The notes beneath the pieces are model-generated. The model was given only the letters and a program-made list of their open reading frames with translations, was not told the origin of the DNA and did no database searches. From Paragordius varius (lineage: Eukaryota > Animalia > Nematomorpha), in contig OZ176054.1 in NCBI GenBank assembly GCA_964247055.1, positions 8,742,001-8,806,000 on the forward strand: a stretch of 64,000 nucleotides of DNA, given 5' to 3'. A program made the position numbers and the translations under genes. Below are positions 35,301 to 45,907 of the stretch, piece by piece (position 1 is the first letter of the stretch; each line of letters begins with the position of its first letter).

Positions 35301-38300
35301 AATAGTCTCGTCAGAGTCAAGTCTTGCATGATTTAGGTACATTTTGTTTGTAGGATACCTGTGGGAAACAGTCCACATTATTAACTAACTCTAATGATAT
35401 AGGTGTTTACCATTAAAACATTTATTTGTAAATGTTACATCCATACTAACGGATTTTGAGAGTTTAAAATATAATTTTATTTACCTTATCCAGCAGTGGG
35501 AGTCAACATTAAATTACCAACTTCGTAATTACACCATTCTCTCTGGAAAGGTATCCAAGTCCTCAAATATCAGCCGTTCCTATGTCATCGTCATATAGCA
35601 GGGAATGAGTTTGGCGTTGATCTCCAGCGGGATAGGCTTATAAGTTTTGGTGAGTTTCCTCGTTGCCGGGAGAGCTCATACGCAATATGTAAAGATGACA
35701 TTATGATCACATAAAATTATAGATTATAAGGCATTGCCTAATCTATCAATTATAGTTTACCTGACGGTGATTTCCAAGTAGGTACCGATTTCATAAATGT
35801 AATCTACATCTTTACTCTGATTTCATACTTTAAGGTGCCGATTATTGATATGATTGCGGAGTCTGGTGGCTTTCCGTGAGGATGTTCCACGTCACCTCAG
35901 TCCAGATGGTTGTAGGAGCGGCTTTAGTCTTCTTTTCCAGTCTTTTTTGGACTCTTATGGCATGTTTCGTGTATGCCTCCTCGTTGATTTTTTGCCAGAA
36001 TCGTTTGTTGGATGTCCTTTTCCGTGTCTTTTGTTTAGATTGCCGAATGAAGGTTTCTTTACTAATCTTAATCCTTGAGCGTTTTTTGAAGCCACGCGAA
36101 CCATGTTACGTGTCCAATAGGGTTTTTTGGTATTATCATTAATATACCATTGTAGTGTATTGTTGGGGTTACAATGTTGTGGCGAAGACTGTGTTATAGA
36201 ATGTTAGGTCGCATCAATGGTGTAGCTTCTTTTAGAGGTATTATATCCGTTAGGGTCCAGAGATCTGCGTTTGATATCATTTTGTTGTCGTAGAAGATGT
36301 GGCCTGTTATGTACTCTAAGATTTTATTGATGAAGACCTGCATTTTGTTGATAGCTCTTGCATTTCTCGGCCAGATTGCCGCTCCAAACGTCAGTCTAGT
36401 GAGGATTAAAACCTTGAAAATTCGTACTTTTAAGTTAGTAGATATTTTAGACTTCCATAACTTACATAATTGAAAGTATATGAATTTAGTTGAAGCCAGC
36501 ATCTGTGTGATGCTTTCGCCTGTGCATCCGAGGGGCGTTATGCATACTCCTAAGTATTTGAAGTTCTTTACAACCTGGATTTCTTCTCCTAAGATGTTAA
36601 TGTGTTGAATTGATGATTCTCCTGTAATGATAATCTTTGTTTTCTGGAAGTTTAGTAGGAGTTTATTCTTTTTGAGTTCTTCAATCAAAATTATTAGTTT
36701 GTTTTCGAAGACTTCTCTTTAATCGGCTATAATACAGATGTCGTCTGCATAGCATAAGGTTTGGAATAAGGAGTGGTTCCCGGTGTGAAGCTTTTTAATA
36801 TTATCATGTTGAAAAATTTTGGTGACATGGGGCACCCCCCTTTGACTCCACATGTTGGGTATATCGTTTCCGATTTGCCTCCGTCCTAACCGATTCTGCA
36901 GTTAGTTTTGAGGAGGACGCTTATCATAAAATTTTTCCAATCTTCGGTGTTTGAATGTTGAATATGCTTTGTTATCTGGGAGCGATCGACTTTATCGAAC
37001 GCTTTGCTTAATTCGGAAAAACCTATCCATAATTGGTGATTGTAGATTAGGCTTTTTTCAATCATTATAACAAATGGGACAAAGAGGTCCATCAAGCTGC
37101 GTTCTTTTCTAAATCCACATGTGGAAAAGTGCATGGTATCATCTACCTCTTTTATTCTGTTTAGAACTGTGTTCCAAATATGTGATTGCTAACACGTTCT
37201 TCAAAGGAAATAATCATGGCCAAACACCCACATCTCACGGGAAAAATGTCCTTCCAAATATCCAACAATTAAACACCGAAGATTGGAAAGATTTTATGAT
37301 AAGCGTCCTCCTCAATAACTGCAGAATCGGTTTGGACGGAGGCAAATCTGCGATATACCCAACATGTGGAGTCAAACAAGGGTGCCCCATGTCGCCAAAA
37401 TTTTTTAACATGAAAATGACGCAATTAAAAAGCTTCATATCGGGAACAACTCCTTATTCCAAATCTTATGCTATGTAGACGACATCTGTATTATAGCCGA
37501 CTCAAGAGAAGTCTTTGAAAACAAACTAATGATTTTGATTGAAGAACTCAAAAAGAGCAACCTTCTACTAAACTTTCAGAAAACCAAGATAATCATTACA
37601 GGAGAATCATCAATTCAACACATAAACCTCTTAGGAGAAGAAATTCAGGTTGTAAAGAGTTTCAAATACTTAGGAGTATGGATCACGCCCCTCGGATGCA
37701 CAGGCGAAAGCATCACACAGAGGTTGGCACCTAGATTCATATACTTTCAGTTATGTAAACTATGGAAGTCTAATGAAATATCTACTAATTTAAAAGTACG
37801 ATTCATAAGGTCCTAATCCTTACTAGACTGAAGTTTGGAGCGGCAATCTGGCCGAGAAATGCAAGAGCTATCAACAAAATACAGGTCTTCATCAATAAAA
37901 TCTTAAGGTACATAACAGGCCACATCTTCTACGACCACAAAATGATATCAAACGCAGATCTGGACCCTAACGGACATACCTCTAAAAGAAGCTACCCATT
38001 GATGGAACTAAGCATCCCATCACATAGTCTTCGCCATAACATTAAAACCTCAAAAAACCATGCACTACAATGATATATTAATGATAATACCAAAAAACCC
38101 TATTGGACACGTAAAGGCACATGGTTTGGGAGGCTTGAACAAACGCTTAAGATTAGTGAGGAAACCTTTATTCTGCAATCCAAACAAAAAACATGGAAAA
38201 GGATATAAAACATCATCCAACAAACGATTATAGCAAAAATCAACGAGGAGGCATACAAGAAACATGCCATAGGAGTCCAAAAAAGACTGAAAAAGAAGAC

Positions 38301-41186
38301 TAAAACCGCTCCAACAACCATCTGGACTGAGGTGACGTGGACATCCTCAGTGGAAACCACCAGACTCCGCAATCATATCAACAATCGGCACTTAAGGTCC
38401 GTAATCAGAGTAAAGATGATACTTTTATATTACATTTATGAAATCGTTAACCACTTGGATTATTTTATATGCCCTCTAATCACCGTCAGGTAAACTATAA
38501 TTGATATAGGCAATGCCTTATAATCTATAATTTTATGTGATGTCATCTCTACATATTGCGTTGGTTTTAAGCTCCCGGCAACGCGGAAACTTATAAACCT
38601 ATCCCGCTGGAGATTAACTCCAAACTCATTCCCTGCTATATGACGATGACATCGAAACGGCTGATATTTGAGAACCCGGATTTTCCAGAGAGAATAGTTT
38701 AATTGCGAAGTTTATAATTTAATGTTGACTCCCACTGCTGGATAATCAAACTTATATTTTACACTCTTAAAATCCGTTAGTATGGATGTAATATTTACAA
38801 ATTAATCTGTTAATGCGCCTATATAATGTGGACTGCTCCCCCCACAGGTATCCCACGAAAATGTACCGCTGAAAACCTAAATCATGCAAGACTTGACTCT
38901 GACGAGACTATTTGCTAATCATTGTGGGACAATGACATTCTGGGAAGCAATATTGGAACCGCTGATATTTGAGCAGGGCTGGTTACCAATCTCCGACATC
39001 TCTTATTAATACTAACTTGCAACAACACACCTAACATGAAGGCATTTATTTATGTATGTAGATACTAATGTCAACCCAACCTCCTATGTGTCTCCCCGCT
39101 CTGAAGCTCAATGCGTTACGGGTGGGTAGGGATTGCGTTGACGGCAGGTGGCCGACGATCTTCTGACGCTACACCCTTTATTTAGTTACTTGTGATTAAA
39201 CATAATATCCAAAAAACCAAATAGTATTTAAGCAGCGGCTCGACCCTATTTGGCTTCGATGCAAAATACTCACTTCAATTAATTTTTTAAAACGGATAGG
39301 ACCAACCGTATCTCTTTTGACATGCCATATCATCTTTAGTAGCTAAACTGCTTTCTATATGTTTGCAATCCTAGTCCCATCCCGCTTATATGGGTATGTA
39401 TTTAAGCAAACTTTTTTTTAATTCAAATAATTGCGCTTTCAAAATATATAGCCCCGAAAAATAAAGTTGGCTAAAAAAGAAATCAGAATACCCAGCTATA
39501 ACCTCAAACAGATCAAATTTTTAAATTTATGTTAGGCGGTTGGCAATAAAATCAAAATGATTAAAAAATAATCACTTAAACGACCAAAGAAAAATTTTGA
39601 CATAGTAAAAAATATTTGTGTAAAATACCATGGATGTTTGTTGGATTACCTTCAATTATATCCCGACATTGGAGTTGACATGTTCGAGCTATGGTCCAGA
39701 TATCAGCAACATTTTTGTAAATTATTTTCTGTATTATATTTTAATGGTTTAATCAAATAACCCAAGTTTGATATAATATATTGTGAACCAAATATTCTCT
39801 TCCAATAAATAATCGTTATTTTTATGGGTTTATTTTATGGCTCACAAAGTGTTATAAAAAGATTATATATATCTATATATTTACCATTTATTGAAAATTT
39901 GTATTAAAGCAATTTATCTAAGTTACGTTTAGCGGTACCATTATAAAAATACAGAGTTTTATGTATTTGTAATGTGAAAAAATTATATACAATTAATTTA
40001 ACCCCGTTATATACATATTTTTGCTTGTTTTGCAATTTTAAAACTTGGGTACATTTTTGTAAAAAACACAATTTTAATTTAACATAAATTTGAAAGGAAT
40101 ATTTTAATCAAAATTTTGAGGTGATAGAAATGTTCAGCATCATCGAATTATACAAAAAATGTATTTATAATGTTTTTAACGCGTTTTTATACGTTTTCAT
40201 TATGCAAATCGTTTGATGTACACTGAACAAAATTTTGCAAAATTATTTTTTTGAAAAAATTATTAGTTTATATGAAAATTTAACATATATTATTTTATCG
40301 CACTATCCCGACATTTCTGCGTTTGAGGGCTAGCCGATTTTAGGAAAAAAATTGTGTCATTTGGATCCCACATCTAAAAATTAAATTTTTTGTAAACATG
40401 TTTTTGCTTTTCATATGTAGATAATATATTTAAGTGATATTTTTTGGTAAGCCTCTAGCTTTTAGCAAAATATATTTATTTAAAAGAATGTGCGCAAATT
40501 TTGCCATTATCTCATATGGAACATTCAATATAAAAGTCCTAATTACTTTCTTAAATTGCTCTAAGGGCCAAAACCAAAGGCACCATAATAATCTAGATAT
40601 ATTTTGCTATCAGAATATATATTTTATCAGGTTTATATTTTGTGGACGCTGTGTAATGTGTTGTGAAAAAAGTTATATCTATTATCCTGCGCATATAAAA
40701 ATAAACACTTACCGCACAATATCCGTAACAAGTATTGGTGTCCAGACCTCTAATATTGATATTGTTTCCCTTATCAACGATTTTGTTGATCCAACGTTCA
40801 GCAAAATGCATTGGTTGAGAAACTTCTGAGTTTGGCGACAATACCGGACAATTAAATAAATACGAATAATTTGATATCAAAACATTTTCTTCTGGCATAA
40901 AATCCTGTATTCTTAAAACAGATTTGGGTTTTCGCAGAGTGACATTTTTTTCTGTTAAATTTGGCTGATCATTAGCGACAGCAATTTTATTTTTGTTTGA
41001 TTTTAATAATTGAATACGTTTTATTTTAGCCAATTTAAGTTGATATATTGGATTTAATTTCCAACCTGGAAAATAACCACATGAATAACATTCAAGTTGC
41101 CCAACTTGAGATGATCCTTCCACACCAAACGGAGGTCTGTATGTTTTAGGTATTATGGAAAATATAACCCATGCCCAAATGGACAT
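26383..41186 (-). CDS. GPI-anchored Ly6/uPAR (three-finger) protein; exons ~41137(5' end unresolved)-40713, 39728-39650, 26507-26383
   Basis: Splice phases match (0 then 1). The joined translation LECYSC...NC...TCYGYCA|KIIYKNVADIWTIARTCQLQCRDIIEG|EVQLYCCNNKDLCNGA plus a hydrophobic tail gives the full 10-Cys LU pattern with a terminal CCxxxDLCN and a GPI-type signal. The start codon/signal exon was not identified. Confidence 0.8.
26557..27380. mobile_element. Non-autonomous hAT-like element with multiple GGAACCGG subterminal motifs
   Basis: TIRs cagggcttgaatccgg / ccggttccaggcccta. Flanks gtttttac / ttttttac (7/8). Clustered ggaaccgg/ccggttcc motifs at both ends. Confidence 0.75.
27642..30639 (-). 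mobile_element. hAT (Buster group, GTF2IRD2/EPM2AIP1-like) transposon, decayed, copy 1
   Basis: TIRs caggggtgtccaac / gttggacacccctg with identical 8-bp TSD ggttaggg. Minus-strand transposase relics (MHKSKKVTRKYNPDW, LSFDESTD, TDGAP, MHCMIHRENLCAH). ~88-bp tandem array at ~30050-30350. Confidence 0.92.
31740..33620. repeat. Cluster of nested and tandem TTAA-MITE copies
   Basis: A + copy (~31740-32741) is interrupted at an internal TTAA by a - copy (31834-32409). A full + copy follows (32752-33321, TTAA both sides), then a partial + copy (~33335-33620). Confidence 0.85.
34167..34744 (-). mobile_element. TTAA-MITE, full-length copy
   Basis: TTAA at 34163-66 and 34745-48. Reverse complement of the 11531-12112 family. 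Confidence 0.88.
34754..37165 (-). mobile_element. RTE-like LINE, 5'-truncated, frameshifted (left arm of palindrome)
   Basis: RT motifs GFRKERS..D, SKAFDKV, GVKQGCPMSP, CYADD, NFQKTK, FKYLG and LTFGAAIW, followed by ~1.1 kb of 3' non-coding sequence. Confidence 0.88.
37165..39180 (+). mobile_element. Second copy of the same RTE-like LINE, head-to-head with the first (right arm)
   Basis: Starts with an endonuclease-like fragment (LELCSKYVIANTFFK), jumps to RT at ~37255, and is then the reverse complement of 34754-36970, ending at the same 3' terminus (cgctacacccttta). It lacks ~280 bp present in the left arm (~34930-35210). Confidence 0.88.
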
Positions 41187-43582
41187 TCAGATTTTTTAAA
41201 TAATACTCGTAATCAATTAGAATCGAGAAGATAATACGCAAAAAAACAAATTTTTTTAAAATTTTAAAACACTCAATAATAACTAAGGTTTATTGAACTA
41301 AAAATGAAATAACTTTTTTCTTTGAAACCAGAAATTCAAAGCGTGAGGCATGAAACAATGCATGACCAATATATGTTATTCATCAGAGTTAACAATAAAA
41401 TGTTTAATAGAAAAACCAAAATGAAAATATATATTATTCTATAATTTTTGGTAAGAGCACTGCTACTAAAAGTATATACTTATGTTGGCATACCATATTA
41501 TTTAAATTTTAGTGCATAGAACATTCTCCTGGGATTTTTGGCAGAGAACAAGTTATGATAAATAACGGAAATAATAATTTCAATATATATTGAAGTAAGT
41601 AAACATTCGTAAGAAAATAAATATTTAACAAAAACTTACAATAAATATAATTGGATTCATCAAAATTTAAGAAAATATTCATTAAATATAGTCCAAATCG
41701 AAATTTCTTTTGTTGAATAAAATTGAATAATGGAAATAGCATTTTTGTCTCGCTTTGTTTATCCTATTTCTGCTAGAAGCGCCTATCAAAAAACTATTGT
41801 ACACTTTTAAACCTATTCCGATCTGAAAATTTTAACTATAAAACAGGTCCAATTAAAAATTGGTAGCTGTAATCGGATTGATTTTAAGGATAACAGTACC
41901 TAAACGAGTTCCTTTAAATTAATTACTGTTTGAAAAAGAGGTGATATATTTAAATCTGGGTTGGCCAACATGCCCCCCAAGAAATTCGAAAATCCGTAAA
42001 TTAGAATAATATAATCAAAAAATTTTAATAAAATTGATATTTCCTAACAATTTTTTTAAATCAATCTTACCAATTGGCAAGAACTAGAAAAAAATGCTAT
42101 ATTGCGTTTGCATTTTCTATTTTTTCAATCAAATCTAATAAATTCCTAATGAATGCCCATATACTTTTCGAATGGGTTCATTACTTTTTAGGGTAGTTTT
42201 ATATCCCAGAGCGATTTGAAATTTGAATATCTTAAAAAGTATTCATTATTTAAGCCGAAATAAAAAATATGCGTCTTTAGTCTTTTTAGCACATTATACA
42301 AAAGAAAAAAAACTAAAAAGCAAAAAATTCCTCACTAACTTTAAATAGTTTCTAGGCCACATTTTTATTTTAATATCAGCTGTTTAGTTAAATCGTTTTG
42401 GAGCTGTCCCCATTAGCCTATGGAAGTCGCGAAACTGTAAAAGATAGCTTATATAATACATGAGAACAATGTTTGATAAATAATCTTTAACTAAATTAAC
42501 TTCCAAAAATGTAGTTCATTTACAAAATTGAGCTCTGGAATATAAAACAACCCCAAATTGTAAACTAGGACAAAAATGTGAAACCGTATTAAGAGTTAAA
42601 AAAGTAAGTTTTCACTTTTGTGGTAAATCCATTGCAAAATTAACGCACATTATACGAAAAATATTTTTGTTAAAAGCTAAACAAAATAGTGTGTATAAAA
42701 TATATATAAAATCGAAACAATGTTTGGATTATTTCTCCAAAATAAGATCAAAATACGCTATAATAACTTAATTTTAATAAACTGCAAAAGGTTGTACATC
42801 TTTTAATGTAATCGGCAAAAATTTCGAAATAGCACGAAGGCAATAGATCGCCGGACTATAATAGAAACACGTATAAAATTATATTTTCGCGATGTCTTAT
42901 ACTGATAAATGGGTGGGCAATAATAAAGATGTGTCTATTTCTAAATGTCGTCCATTATGTAAAAGCAGAAATAAGCCGATTGAAATATTAGAATTGTAAT
43001 ATGGTCATTGATATACTATTTGTTTATTCGCAATAGCTACGATCAATATTCCTTTAGGGTCAAATCGGACAAGATATTTTGCAGAAATTATCCATATAAC
43101 ACCAAATTGTTATGTTTGGCGATAGAATAACATATTCCATTAACATATTTTTTTATGTAATTTAATTTTTGTAATATGGCACACTTAATATTAATTTTTA
43201 ATTTATTGAGTTTCATCATTCTTCATCATTTTCGCTATTCCACAGCTTCAATGTAAGTATTTGGTGTATTTTTCAATTATCTACCTAATAATGAGATATA
43301 TTAATTACCACACTTTTAACCAATGATGTTCCCTTAGTTTATAAATTAATATCCTGTAAAATTAACCATAAATTTTTTTAACTCACTTACCCTGTATAAA
43401 TTTTTAGCCCTTGTCAAATTGCTAAAAAGGAATAAAATTTAATAATCGGCCTTTTATATGCAGATCCATCCAGATGCACTAATGATGGTTTACTATAGAA
43501 ATAGTATGAAAATATTAACTAAGAAACAATTAGAATTAAACACCCAGTAAGAACGAGAGATAGGCCATTTCAGTATTTGAAA

Positions 43583-43730
43583 AGGGGATTTAATTTACAT
43601 GTTTGTTGCCATGTATAAAATTTTCATTTTTAATAGTCACATCTTTAAAAATGGTAATACAGTGTTGAATTAGATATGTAACTAATTAAATGAAAAATTT
43701 CAATATGGCAACATTGTAAATTAATCCCCT
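43583..43730. mobile_element. Small hairpin MITE
   Basis: Long imperfect inverted repeat aggggatttaatttacatgtttgttgccatgtataaaattttcattt / aaatgaaaaatttcaatatggcaacattgtaaattaatcccct. Confidence 0.55.
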
Positions 43731-44279
43731 ATTAGCTATATAAACACTAAGATGTCCTATGATAGCACTTGTTCTTTAGTAAGAATATGAATGTAAAACC
43801 AAAATAAGCAAAATAGTTTTATCATTATTTATTTTATATCCAATATAAAATGAATCCGTTCAAAACAAGTCCATTTATAACTGAAAACATATGTATTCAA
43901 TAAAAAATCTTGACAGCATGACATACTGTTGCCTCTAAATGAGTGCTAAAATGATTTATAAATTTTGGACATATTAAACCAATGCCGATTCATTACCCTT
44001 TCGTATTCCCTACACATGGGACACTAGGGCAGGATAATAAAATAACCGGCATGGCCTATTGGCAATATCCTAATTTTTAAGATAACCTGCAACTCAAAAA
44101 ATTGATTTGTCACTCTCATCGTCCCTAAAAGAATACATCTCGTCAGTACCGCCCCCTGGTCCGTATTTAAATTAATTATCTCTGAAGCAGAATTGGTGGT
44201 TTTAGGGGATATAAAAATTATTGAATCGGCATTATTTATTTGTAAAAGGATTATTTTAACTTTTTAACCCTTAATTTAG

Positions 44280-45154
44280 TTATTTGAACACCTTTAAGTG
44301 TGACTGCGAAAATACAATATGTTCGCGTTCACCTTGTCGATTAGGCACATCCTGGGATTATTGTCATTGTTGTGAAAAATGTTTGAAGGTAACATTATTT
44401 AATTCTTAAATGTTATAAAAAAATCATTACTAGAAAGTTAATATTACCTTTAATAAGTTATTATTAAGCCTAACTAAATTTATAGAGAGTGTTTTGAAGG
44501 CGAACTTGAATAAAAGAGAATATAATTATTTCTATCTCATGCACCCAATCTATATATCTGGTAGAAAAAGGATTTAAGATTCTCAAGGTTTTTTTTGGTT
44601 TTACGAGTAATTTAAGAAAGTATTTTGGTAATTATTAAAAGTCAAAAAGTTGCAAACAGCACATATGTTATGTTAATTTATTTAGTGAAAGCTTAATGCC
44701 TCTTACCAAATTATTTTGTTTGTGTATATTACATACTCTAAAAATTAAAATACAGTTTGATTTATTATTTTTCAAATGACCGTCGAATGCACATTTTTAG
44801 GATCCGTTAAAATAAGCCAGTGTTCTTAAAATAAACGCAAAAAAGCCGATATTACGCGATAAGCATTTGATGAATGACACAAAAAAACTTGGAAAATTTT
44901 GTCACACTTTTAATATACATACATATTTAACAACGCTATTTGAATGGTTAGGATGTAGGACAAAGCTGCAATGGTTATTACAAGAGTGACGGGGATTGCG
45001 CCCCTGGACTCTACTGTACTCTGCCCATTGATAAAACTAACCCATTATCGTTTCCCGGGTTTTGTGAAAGGCCGATCCCTACCGCCAAAATTATAGCTAA
45101 TTGGGTAATGCACTACCATTTTAGCAAGAGTTTATCTTAAATTTAATACTTTAA
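44280..45154 (+). CDS. Single IGFBP N-terminal-domain secreted protein; exons 44280-44388, 44952-45104, candidate last exon 45125-45154; first exon unresolved (candidate 43758-43777)
   Basis: FKCDCENTICSRSPCRLGTSWDYCHCCEKCLK|DVGQSCNGYYKSDGDCAPGLYC...GFC reproduces the IGFBP/IB domain cysteine pattern (D.C.CC..C...G..C.......C..GL.C). Both exons are GT-AG and in phase. Confidence 0.8.
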
Positions 45155-45527
45155 TTCACTAGGTCAGAACAGTCAGTGAATGGAATATTTTAAAATAAGA
45201 TTTATTTTATTTATTAAATGGGAAGAAATGTAATATTTTAAATATAATTAGACGATATCTCAAAGAAACCTTACAATGAAAACTCGATGAACCCAAATGT
45301 TAGCACTTATTTAATGGTTTACAACTAATGATTTCTTTTTAAAATAGAATAAATAATCATTTATTTTTTATAATGCGTCTAAATTTACTCATTTATAGTT
45401 TTAATACAATGTTGTGAAATTTTATTGTCTTTTTTAAGGAATAAATACTATAAATAATACAGGATTGCCTGTGGATGTTAATTTTTGCCACACATAAAAA
45501 ATTTCAAATCGAATGTTAAGGATGATA

Positions 45528-45789
45528 CAGTAACGAGGCACTATGGGCCATATCTGTATTTTAAATGGCTAAAAGGGTATTTTATTTACATGTCTATTGC
45601 CATTTATAAGATTTTTCATTTCATTTATTAATTGCATATTTTATAAACACTGTATTATTTCCTTCCAATTTTCAAAAAGGTAACTAATAAAAACGATAAA
45701 TATCATACATGGGAACATACATGTAACTTAAATACCAGTTTAGCCATTTAAAATACACATATGACTTATAATAATAGTGCTCGTTACTG
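45528..45789. mobile_element. Tc1/mariner-type MITE
   Basis: TIRs cagtaacgaggcactat / atagtgctcgttactg with longer internal inverted similarity; TA on both sides. Confidence 0.75.
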
Positions 45790-45907
45790 TAATATTTTCT
45801 ATTATCACAAAAAACTGTAAAATATCAGAAGGTTGATTTTTGATTATGTTCTACCCATATTTTATTGGAAAAATAAATAGAAGATTATTGGCCCTCGTTT
45901 CTCATTT

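Noticed and set aside
35854-38372. ORF-track ORFs antisense to LINE, hAT and MITE sequence (e.g. 35854-36142, 38065-38372, 29250-29462, 49709-49966, 32053-32253, 33219-33404)
   Set aside because: They are shadow frames of decayed elements and recur wherever the element recurs.
38640-38960. Hammerhead-ribozyme-like cores (tgacgatgacatcgaaac; ctgacga at 38899) in the LINE 3' region
   Set aside because: No stem II closing before a GAAA could be built, and the left arm differs at the key bases.
40687-40712. 26-nt GT-AG candidate micro-intron in the Ly6 gene
   Set aside because: Using this acceptor gives a stop after 17 codons and loses five cysteines, whereas the acceptor at 39728 completes the LU domain.
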